Shown here: piece after piece, positions 44,676 to 56,276 of the stretch
Layout: each line of letters starts with the position of its first letter
How positions within the stretch are numbered: the first letter of the stretch is position 1
DNA from: the human T2T-CHM13v2.0 reference genome, Homo sapiens
Length of the DNA: 64,000 bases
Strand: one strand, 5' to 3'
NCBI RefSeq assembly: GCF_009914755.1
Contig: NC_060947.1
Program-made: the position numbers and the translations under genes
Notes under the pieces: generated by a model
What the model was told of the DNA's origin: nothing
Databases searched by the model: none
What the model saw: only the letters and a program-made list of their open reading frames with translations

Positions 44676-45077
44676 CTGATTAACTTGTTGATCGGTTTGC
44701 AGAGATGGAATGAGTCTCTTACAGGGTAAGGATCAATGCTTAGGCTCAGTCAGGACATAAAAGGATGGGAGCAGCAGAGCTCAGATAAAGTTATCCATTC
44801 AATTCTGGAATGGATGAGTGTTGGGGAAAGAGTGAAACTCTGGGAGTAAATGAGGTTGTCAGAGAGTGCTCCTCTTAGCCAAAGGGTGAGGCACAGGGAT
44901 GGGGCTGGGGAGGGGCAATGTGGAGGAAGGTAATGGAATTGGTGGTGATGAGACATGAGGAAAGAGGCAACTGGTCAAGGCTTGCAGAGGGGAGAAGGTG
45001 AGGAATCACAAGTGGTGGGTGACTGAGAATTCTGTTACCTGGGATAGGATCGGGGATATTGGAAATGCCACCCATAG

Positions 45078-45254
45078 GCACGATGGCTTACATACTTCGT
45101 GGGACCCAGTGAAAGTGAAAATGAAGGCCTCTTGTTCAAAAAGCATTAGAATTTCAAGATGGTGATAGCACAGCCTTGAGCCAGGTGTCCAGAGCCCTCT
45201 TAAGCACAGGGCCCTGTCTGACTCCATGGGTCATACACCCACAATTCCGGCTCT
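45078..45254 (-). mobile_element. MER45A-like hAT MITE
   Basis: The reverse complement follows the recalled MER45A consensus ('cagagccgg...cagggccc...tcttgaaattct...tttgaacaag...ttttcac...ctggg'). Confidence 0.6.
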
Positions 45255-46699
45255 GCCGGAACAGAAATGGGGGCAGGTAAGAAGGCAATGGAGGCCTTCT
45301 CAGCCCCAGCCCCTCCAGCCTCAGCTTGACAAGTCTCTAGAGAGCACCAGCTGTGGATGAGGTTCTGTGCGAGATGGTAGGGACACAGGAAGAGACAAGG
45401 TCCCTGGCCCCAAGAGAGGAGGCAAGTGTGCACGTAAGTGAGCTACCAAATGAACACAAGGTAGCTGGATGCAGGCCAGCTGATGTGCATTAAGCTCACA
45501 CTTAAGCGCCAGGCACATTCTATGTGATTAGCTCCACTACCCGCTTAGCAACGCTTTGAGGCAGGCACTGTTAGCATCATTCTCATCTGAAAGGTAAGGA
45601 AACCGAGATGCAGAGAGGTCAAACACTTGCTGGAGATAATAGAGCCTACTATGTAGTACCACCAAGAGGTGCAGCAGGCACTACGCTCCAGAGGCACTGC
45701 TATTCCTCCTCCCCCACCTTGCTATCCACCGAGGCCCCCATGTTCATAGTCTCTGCAGATAGTCCTGAGAGTGGAATGGCGGACTGGGGTGCAGGAAGGA
45801 TCCTGCAAGACCTCACAGTAGAGATGTCATGCGCACTGTGTGGGAAGAATGAATGCAAGTGCTCCAGGTCCACAGTGGGAGGAAAGGCATTCTGGGCAGT
45901 GGGAAGTAGAAGTAGCCTCATGTGGCTGGAGCCAGAAGCTAAAGTGGGAGTGCCAGAAGGAGGGCAGAAGCCATAGACCCTTGTGCACATACTGGAAGAG
46001 CTGCTTTTTTAACAGTCAAGTGCACAAGGGTCTATGCGGTGTTAAGATCACGATGGGAACATGCTGGTGGGCTAGGAAACTCAAGAGGTTAGTTCCAGAA
46101 GAGTCTGTGGAATTCTGCCCCACAGGCTCCGGAGGCATGGGGGGAAGGCCATAGAAGAGCTGTCGTGGGTAAGGAAGATTCCTGCAGCCGTGAAATAGCA
46201 AGCAAGCTAGGGAAGAACTCTAACAGGAGGCAGAAATGGAAGGGAAAGCACCATGCGGGGAGAGAAGTGTAGAGGCAGGCATCGGGGGAGCTAGGGGAGC
46301 CAGGCCCTGGGGGTTGGAGGGGAGGCGGCCGGTGGCAATGAAGGCCTTCGCCCACCCCTCTTCCGCCCCCTGGCAAGGCAGGTTGCTAATACCCGCCCTG
46401 GGATAGGGGTGGGAGTGGTTCTGGAACCGCCTTCTGAGACTCATTCCCATCAAAAGCAACACTTGGGGTGGAGGGAGGAAGAGGACGCCAACCCCAGTGC
46501 CTGGCCGGGTTCTAGATGTGCAGAGAACAAAAAGGAACCCTAAAAACCCAGCATCCCCTTCTCCGAGGGAGGCTTTCCTAGACCCAGAACCTCAGCCCAC
46601 CCGGAACCCCTTTGCCCCTCTCTTAGCAGTGGACCTGTCATGTGGTTCCTCCTGGACTAGTGTAATCTCTGCTATGCGTCTTGTCCTGCCATGCTGAAC

Positions 46700-47950
46700 T
46701 TCTCACAGTGCGGCCTCCGAAGGAGCCCCCATCTAGCGCTCCTTGCAGTCGCAGAAGATTCCTTCTCCCCTTACTGAGCCTTAGAGTTTTCCAAACCCAT
46801 TTCCTCCTTCAAATCGCTGCAGCCTCGCGAGGGAGGCAGAATTCTCCCCATTTCTCGGACTTTGCAGGAGAGAAGCCTGCCTTCCCGGGGCAGGGTGGGG
46901 GTAGGTAAGTGAAGAAGCCAAGGTCACCCAGTCATTGGCGGAACGCGGCCTCGACTCGGTCCTTCTTCTGAGGGCCCTGTGGATCCCTGGCAAGGCAGGC
47001 CTAGGTTGCAGGCTAGCCCCCCTCTCTTTTCGTTGGCCCCAGGAGCCCGGCGGGCCTGAATGGCAGGTGAGCCCGGGGGTGGGGACAGGACGCGGGTTGG
47101 GCTGCGCAGGGACGCCTGGCGCGCGGGCCTTGGGAGCGGCCGCCGGAGCTCCCTGCTACGCCGTATCTTCCGAGGGCCCACGCCTTGGGTCACGACTGGA
47201 CCAGGGCTTTGACCAAGGGTCCTCTGTGTGCCCCAGGCCCGCCAGTCAGGCCCCGCCCCCCGGCGGCACGGGCGGGGGCAGGGGCGGCGCCGGCAGAGTG
47301 GGGCGCGGGCGCGCGGTGCTCGGTGCGCGCCGCCGCCCCTCCGGCCCGGCTTGCCCGCCCGCTCTCCCAACCCCCTCGGCCCACTCCGTCGCCCCCACCC
47401 CTCCTTCCTCCACTCGGCCAGGCGGCCGGCGGCCCGGTGCGCGGGGCAGCGCGACGATTGCGGCCTGGCGATCGGGGCACTGCGGTCGTGGCGCGCGAGG
47501 CGCGGGGCGCGAGGCCAGCCCTGGAACGGCGGGGTGTGGGGGGCGGGCAGCTGCGGAGCCCCCAGAGGAAAGCAGGGGCAGGCAGGGGGGTGCCGAGGTA
47601 ATGGGCAGGGCCTGGGCGCCCGGCTGCGAGGGGCGGGGGTTCCAGGCGCACTTCGGCCCTGGAGGGGCGGGCGACAGGGTGCCCGGGGCGGTGGGAGGGC
47701 AGCGGGGAGGGGAGGAAGGGAGGGAGGAGACGGCTGGGCCGGACCGGGGGGCTTGGCCGACGGGGAGCAGGTGGGCGGGGACAGGGCCCCTGCTGGAAGA
47801 GGCGCAGCAGCGAGGTGGCGGGCTGCGTGCGCAAACAGGGTGGCCGCCTTCTGGGCCCGGAGAACGGTGAGGCCATTTGGGTTGGGTGTCCCAGTCCCGA
47901 GGGCACGGTTCGGTATCCAGGGCCAACGAGCTGGGTGCAGGGCATTGTTG
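46700..47950 (+). promoter_or_regulatory. PRRG3: CpG island / PRRG3 promoter with candidate alternative first exons
   Basis: The only CpG-dense, very GC-rich segment in the window, with GC boxes. Donor-like sites at 46905 (AG|GTAAGT), 47067 (CAG|GTGAGC) and about 47598 (GAG|GTAATG). Confidence 0.88.
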
Positions 47951-49070
47951 AGGAGGGAAGATCTAGAGGCCTGTCCGGGCCAAGGGGATGGGGCGTATTG
48001 AACAGCTCCGGGAGAAGAGTGTTGCTGGGTCAGGGCGCTGGTGTCCAGCGAAGGTGGGCGAGGACAGGCACTTTCAGGGCTGGCCTGAGTGGAAAGGGAC
48101 AAGGGGGCCCCAGAGTTTGAGTTTGAGCATAATTTGGGAGTTGTCGTGTCACTGGGTGGGTCGATGAGTCATGCGATTTGGAGAACCCTTTCCTGGCGAT
48201 CAGTTCTGAGGGATGGAAATAAAGTCTAGGGTTTGGAGAAGTGGTTTGGAGGCCATGTCTTGGGACACCAGGTGCTCTGGTGGTCACCAGGCTTCATGTG
48301 AGGGACTTTGGGAGTTGTGTCCCAGAGGCCTGAGATTCAGAAGCTTCAGTCTGGGGTGGAGTTAAGCAAGGTCTTTGTGGTGGCCAGTTCCCTGCCTTCC
48401 TTCCTTTCCAGGCTGTCAGGATTCAGCTGTGTTCCTGCGGGGAGTGGGTTAAAAATTCCTTCCGCCTACAGTCAGCTTTACAGTATCCACCAGGGGCATG
48501 GGGGACATATACATGTGTGGCTGCAGCATCATTCTTTGTCGTGGAGCCCTCACGATTGCTTCCTTATTGTTGCCATAGTAACTGTCTACTGATGGTGTAT
48601 TTATAGGGGAAGAAGCAGGCGCTACATTTTGGGGAGGGAGGGGGAAGAGGCCTCGTGGCAGGCAGCAGCAGCAGTGAAGGTGGCTACAGAATTGCTAATG
48701 GAGTGGGCCATGCCATGGGAACTGTTTTGGGGGTGTTCCTGGCTCGACTGAAGCTTAAAAATGAACTGGTGACTTTAGCAGGTGCGTCAGGATAACATGT
48801 ATTCGGGTCTATGATAGGTGTGACATATAGCCACCTTTGACCAAGGCTAGGTGTGTGGGGGACAAAAGATGGATATATGTAATCTATTATGTAAATTTTT
48901 CTCCATTTTTTTAAAAAACCACTGCAGTTTCCTTTGATAAGCATATTTTTCTCTCTTCCCTTATTAAGACTATATGCATTCTTCTCAAACCCAGATACAA
49001 CAGCTCCATTTTTCTTCAAGCAAAAAATCCTTGCCATGAGGCATACTATATCCACACCCTCACCACATAA

Positions 49071-49785
<715 letters not shown>

Positions 49786-51136
49786 TAAATTATTGATTTA
49801 TATCCTACCTGTTTGCCAAAAGGATTAGGTGGCATATTATAAATGCACAATAGGACACTGGAAACATAAATAGAAAGCTGTATACCACATCGCAGGACAG
49901 AAGCATATGTGCTTAACAGCTGGGCTTCCAGGGTGCCTGTGCTTGACTGGCAATAGTGACGCTGAACTTCCTGGCAGCCTAGGCAAAAAGGAGGGCTCAA
50001 TGGATTCCACAGTTCACGTGTCTTGCATCCAGTTAGTCATCAAACCAGAGCTTCTGCTTGGGGAGGGGAGCAGTGGGGTGATTGCTCCCAGATGTGGACA
50101 GCTCAGCAAGGGCTCTAGAATGTGTGTATGAGTGGGCGTGTGTATTGTGGGGAGGGACAGAGGGAGCAGTGTGCTGTGACCATGGTTTAAGTACTGGCTG
50201 GATAGCTCCTTAGCAGGAGAAAGGCTTTCTGACAATAGCTCACATTAGGGGCAACTCTTGTAGTTAGCGTCTCAGTGTCGGGCATCTAAATTCATGTCTT
50301 GGCACTCTACTGCCATGGGCTTTAATGCAAAGAGAGAAGAGAGGCCTGGTTCCAGAAGATTCCAGGTATCTTGCCTCTTTGTCTGGTGAAGATGAACACA
50401 GCGGGTCACCTGGGTTTGGGCCTTCTGATTATGCCTGGGAATATGAAGAATGCAGCATTGTTGTGCATGGAGGATGAGACCCTGTAGAAGATGTGTCCAC
50501 TGAAGGTTGCTATAGGCTAGTCCCAGCAGGGCAGTGACTTTTGAGATGGTTGATGCTGTGTTAAGCTTTGTTTTCAGGGAACATGCTTGTCATTGGAGGT
50601 ATCTGTGACTCACCATTGTGCTCAAAATTAGTTGTGAATTCTGGTCCTGCCACTGTCACTGTTGATTTGCTTAACCTTGTCTGAGCCCGTCTCTCTGGGC
50701 TGTATCTCCTCATCTATCTCTGAGGTCCTTTCCAATTGGAAGTTGCAAAGATTCATTGAGGGGAGCAAGGAAGGAGGAGCCTCAGCCTTTAGGAGCTTTC
50801 CTTTTTAAAAGAAAAAGGTCAACCCTTGGTTCTTATAGATGCTCAGAACATGTTCTTGGGGGAAAACGCTGAAAGGTTTGCTTTGGGCCCTACTGGGCCT
50901 GGGGAGGTCTCTGGAGAAGAGCTTGGGGCAGAATGAGAAGCAGCGGAAGCCATGGGTGGCTGCATGGAGGACGACGCACCCCACAAGGTGCTGCTTCAAC
51001 CTTTTGACCACGCCAGTGGGAGGGGGGCACATCCCAGAGCCAAGAGTGTGCCCTGTAAATTTCTAGATGTGGTTTCACTGCAACTTTGCTTTTCTCTTAC
51101 TCCAGAGAAGTGAGACCCTGCAGCTGAGGGAGCATC

Positions 51137-51143
51137 ATGGCAG
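51137..51143 (+). CDS. PRRG3: PRRG3 start-codon exon (exon 51106-51143; coding part ATG GCA G)
   Basis: TTTTCTCTTACTCCAG| acceptor, strong Kozak context (ATCATGG), CAG|GTGAGT donor. Phase 1 matches the exon at 52318. Confidence 0.88.
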
Positions 51144-52082
51144 GTGAGTTTTTCCAGGCCTGGGCAGAGCTGTGGAGGGCCATGCCTAGGGGTTCATGAG
51201 TCAGGTTTCAAGTCCTTCCCAGCTTCCCTGCCCCCTACCCCCCAAGTGGGCCTGTAGCCATTTTCCAAATGGCTGAGTAGCAGTTTTGCCCTCTCAACTC
51301 TTTGGCTCCCTTCTGAAGTATATGTCACTTGTAGATGTGTACCTACCCAGGCTTCCCTGAGTGACACTAACGTGACAGGCCATAGGGCCTGGGGAAGGGT
51401 GCCTGCCTGCTGGCAAAGACATGCCAGCTTGGGCATCCAGGGGGAGTTGCTTTACATGGGAACCAGGAAGTCCCACCTCTAGGTGAACAACAGGAGCAAA
51501 CGTCACCTCTTCTTTCATCCTTCACAGTCTCAACTTAGGCTTATGTGGGTGCAGAGCTCAAGCTATTCTGGTCAGCCTGTTTGTAGCTGGGTGTCTCTCT
51601 CTGGAATAAGTAGATATGCCCACCATCCAAAGACGGTATTGTAGGGAGATTCTGTGCCCCGTCTGTAAAAGCTTAGACTCTCCATCTGAACCCTGCTACT
51701 TCCCATCCCCAGAGGTGCTCTTAGGCTCGTGTATGCCCACTTGTCTGATCTAGCCTAGGCTGGCTTTGCATTAGACTTTCTTGAACAAGACTATTGATGC
51801 CAGACCACCTGGTGGCACAGGTGGATGTTCAGGTGGAGGAACACCACCCTGGTAGAGTCTTCTAGGGTTATCTGGTATTAGTTCCACCAGTATCAGCCTT
51901 AAAGAGGAATACATTCTCATTGCAAGGGCTCCAACTTTCACTTTTCAAGGTGATGCAGAAGATACTGGAGCTTTAGTCACTGAACATTGCCTACTTACAA
52001 TTCTTATTCTTTCTTGTTCCTGTGCAACGTGCACTTTCCTTGCAGTTGGCTACCATTTTCTTCCATGTAGCCAGGGACCTAA

Positions 52083-52592
<510 letters not shown>

Positions 52593-52827
52593 TAGCCACT
52601 AGGGCCATCACGGAGCAGATAAAGTACGTACAGTCCCATTGCCTGACTCTTTTGGGGTCCTCCTCACTTGGGAGCATTGTCCTTTGCCCTTGGTACATTC
52701 TGCTGCCTCTCTGGTAACTCTGTGAGACAAGTCAGATGGGGAAGGGTAGGAAGCACCAGAGTTACTGAAGGCCTCTGAGCCCACCTGGAGCTTGAGCTTC
52801 TCTTAAGTACCACTTTTTCTTTTGCAG

Positions 52828-53355
52828 ATGGAGTTCTGGAAAGGGTACCCAAATGCAGTCTACTCTGTCCGAGACCCCTCGCAGAGCTCAGATGCCATGT
52901 ATGTGGTGGTACCCCTTCTGGGGGTGGCACTGCTGATTGTCATCGCCTTGTTCATCATCTGGAGGTGCCAGCTGCAGAAAGCGACCCGTCACCACCCCTC
53001 CTATGCTCAGAACCGGTACCTAGCCAGTCGCGCCGGGCACACCCTCCCCCGGGTCATGGTGTACCGGGGTACTGTGCATAGCCAAGGGGAGCCTTCTGGG
53101 CACCGAGAGGCAGCGAGCAGCCCCCAGGTGGTGCTGGGGCCCAGTCGGGGGGGCAGGACCACAGTCCGGCTAGAGAGCACCCTCTACCTCCCTGAGCTCT
53201 CTCTCTCCAGACTGTCCAGCACCACCCCTCCCCCCTCCTACGAGGAGGTGACTGCGCCCCAAGAGAGCAGCAGTGAGGAGGCCAGCGTGTCTTACAGTGA
53301 CCCACCCCCAAAGTACGAGGAGATAGTGGCCGCCAACCCTGGCGCTGACAAGTAG
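52828..53355 (+). CDS. PRRG3: PRRG3 last coding exon: aromatic stack, transmembrane helix, cytoplasmic tail with two PPxY motifs
   Basis: TTTTGCAG|ATG acceptor; FWKGY; TM segment VVVPLLGVALLIVIALFIIW; PPSY (53227-53241) and PPKY (53302-53316). Total CDS 7+161+528 = 696 nt = 231 aa plus stop. Confidence 0.97.
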   Translation: MEFWKGYPNAVYSVRDPSQSSDAMYVVVPLLGVALLIVIALFIIWRCQLQKATRHHPSYAQNRYLASRAGHTLPRVMVYRGTVHSQGEPSGHREAASSPQVVLGPSRGGRTTVRLESTLYLPELSLSRLSSTTPPPSYEEVTAPQESSSEEASVSYSDPPPKYEEIVAANPGADK

Positions 53356-55777
53356 TGGGACGTTTGTGCCCTGTCCTGGATGAACGCCTCTTTCCGAGGT
53401 CTCCTATTTTCTTTTTAACTTTTTAAAGACTGTGCCACCACAAAACAGCCTTAGCCTCCTTGTTGCCAAATAATTCCCTAACTGTGGAGTTTTAGGAAGT
53501 CAGTTGTCAGAGACAGGTGGGGAGGGTGGGGGTAGGGACCACGCATAAGTCGAAGCCCCCGGGAAGAGCCAAAGGCCAAAGTGCCCAACTCTTTGGGATG
53601 ACCCCCAAGCCTCCAACATCCTGTCTTTCCATCAGGAACTGGCTTCTCTTATGCCAAAGGAATAACCCCATTGAGTTGATTGTGGCCAGAATGTCCACAG
53701 GCCTGGCCTGGGGGCTGTGGGACTGGCTGGAGGCCTGCCTGTGTCTAGAGCTCTGGGCCTCAGGGGTAAGGGAAGAAAGCCAGCCTTTCAGCACCCCTTA
53801 CCCTCCACAGTTCTGTGATTTCTGTCCTTGCTTACATTTGGAGGACAGGGACAAGGACTGAGCAAAAACAAAATGAAAAAATCATGACAAATAAATAATT
53901 AACACAATAGAACAAAACTCTAGCACCCGGGCCGTTCATAGGAGGCCAAGGGAAATTTATCACATGGATCTGTGATGTCCGCCTCCCCTAAAACCTGTCC
54001 CCACACTCCTGGAAGGAGGACAGGGTGTGTGAAGGATGAGGGCCAGAGGGCTGGGTGGCAGAGTTTCCTCTTCCACATTGACCAAGGGGCCCACGTGGAC
54101 TCTGCCATTCAGTTTCTAGTGTGCTTGTCTCTCCAGACATGTGGACCAGCTGTGTTCAAACCACTACCCACTGGCATGAGCCTACTTTTTGCGAATGGTG
54201 CATTGAAATTGAACTTCAGATTGAGGATTTCTCCTTAACGATGGTGCGCATCTCAGGAGAAGATCCTAAAGTGTCCCTTTTAAAACATTTATTTGTGGAG
54301 AAGCCCGTGGCCTGGGGTTGAAGGCCCATATGGGGTTTGCTCTGCTGTTGCCAGGTGCCAGTCTGTTTTCAGTGAGCCTTTGGACAGCAGTGGGGCAGAA
54401 GGCACCTGCCCTTTAACTGTCAGTGACCATGCTAGACACTGTTGATACCACCTCCCCCTACTTCCGTCTCCATCCTCCTGACCTCAACACCAAACCATTT
54501 CTCCTCTGTGGTGCTTTAAAAATTGTAGCAAATTTTTGTGTGGTGCAAGAATGCATGGCCTGCGTCTATTGGCAACCACAGCAATTTAAAATCCACTGAG
54601 CTGACAAGCTTTTTTCTGTCAAAATATCTCTCTAAGGCAGACATTGGGACTCATTTCCTTGAATGCAGCCCTGCCTTCAGGCCACAGAGGACTTCTGGAG
54701 GCTGCTCTAGCCCTGAGGACTTGCCCTGGGACGTGCTTCCAGTTAGAAGGCTTGTGTCCCTACCCCAGTGAGGCCACCAGCTTGGACCACTCCACCCTGT
54801 GGCTGGGGTTTTCCATCCTTCCCCCTACCTCACAGGCCCGTTGGAGGCTGACTGAGCAAATGCCTGCGAAGTGCTTGAATTGCCGGGGAGCCAGCGAGGT
54901 TTGCCTTAGGAAGAGTCTTCTAGAAAGGTGTAGGTTATAAGGGAGCAGTCTTAGCTGAGGCCCTCATATGCCTCTGATGTTGAGTCTCCACTTGGAGAGT
55001 CAATCTCCCGTCAGTTGACCCTTTCCATCCTCTCGTCCTCCCTTTCCAGAGCTCCCTGATGCCAGAGATGCTGGTGAATGCAGGTGACATTCTACCTTTC
55101 GTTTCCTTGTCTTTCCCTCCCCTGGGCCTTCAGCATTGCACTCCTGCCCTTCATCACAAAGGGGTTTTTGGCTTAAGAGGCCCCTGCTTTTTCCATGTTG
55201 GGGGACCTGGGGAAGCCTGAAGCTCGGGGCTAGCCCTGGCTCTCCCAGTATTTCTTCAAGTAGGTGCCAGAGTGTGACCTGGGAGCAGGTGAGAAGAAAC
55301 TTATCCCAATATGTCTACTCAGTTAGCACAGAGCCAGGCATGAGCTCCACTGATCAGAGCCAAAGGGAGTTTGCCAAGAAATGCCCGCTGCCTTTGGCAT
55401 CTGAGTTGCAGCTGGGTGGTAATGGGAGAGAGCAGGAAGAGGCCCAAGGCCTGGCCCATGGAGGGCAACATGTGTCCTTCAGGGGCTGAGGACAGGCCGT
55501 GGGAAGAGTCACAGGAGGTTGCTTAAGGCCTGTGATGTTCGGTTCAGATGCTTCATGGTGTTCTGCCAGGTGGGGTTGCACCACGGTCTCTGGGATGGTT
55601 TCTGCAGCACATTGTAGAAAAAAGACTGTACAGCACACAGCAGGCATCACTCCTTGCGATGCACACTTGGATTTTATGAATGCCCTGTACATATCTTTTC
55701 AAACTCTGTGTTTGTATGGAGGTGGATTTGATACAATGCTGACTCTTTCGTGGCTACATTTTTGCTGTTTTTGGACT

Positions 55778-55781
<4 letters not shown>

Positions 55782-55811
<30 letters not shown>
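55782..55811 (+). repeat. (TG)n microsatellite
   Basis: Read directly. Confidence 0.95.
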
Positions 55812-55812
<1 letters not shown>

Positions 55813-56177
55813 CTATGTGTGCACGTTGCCTTTTCTCATTGCTTATCTGAAACAATAGCCGGTGTGCAGCTATATTTGTACCAGGAGGGATCCGGTCTGA
55901 AAAGAGGAATGTCACCTCCCCTCGCAGGGCTGAGTAGCCTGATGACAGGGCCCTGAGCAAGGAAACGTGGCATTAACTATATTGGACACCCAACCCCCAA
56001 AGTTGTCACTGTTTGCCTCCTTGAAAAAGGCTTTGGAAGAAGACAAAGCAGCTCCATTCTGCAGGTCTCCACCCTATGCAACCCCCGCTCACACGCCCTT
56101 TTGGCATGGTGCCCCTGGCCCAGGCTTCTGTTCTGTGGGTGTCAGCAGCTGAAAGAAATCTGAGTACTCCTGGGCAT

Positions 56178-56178
<1 letters not shown>

Positions 56179-56273
<95 letters not shown>
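56179..56273 (+). repeat. T55 followed by (GT)20
   Basis: Counted directly. Confidence 0.97.

Positions 56274-56276
<3 letters not shown>

Noticed and set aside
46924-48102. Long overlapping ORFs (up to 392 aa) in several frames
   Set aside because: Expected from stop-codon scarcity in a very GC-rich CpG island; the peptides are low-complexity P/G/A/R with no recognisable domain.
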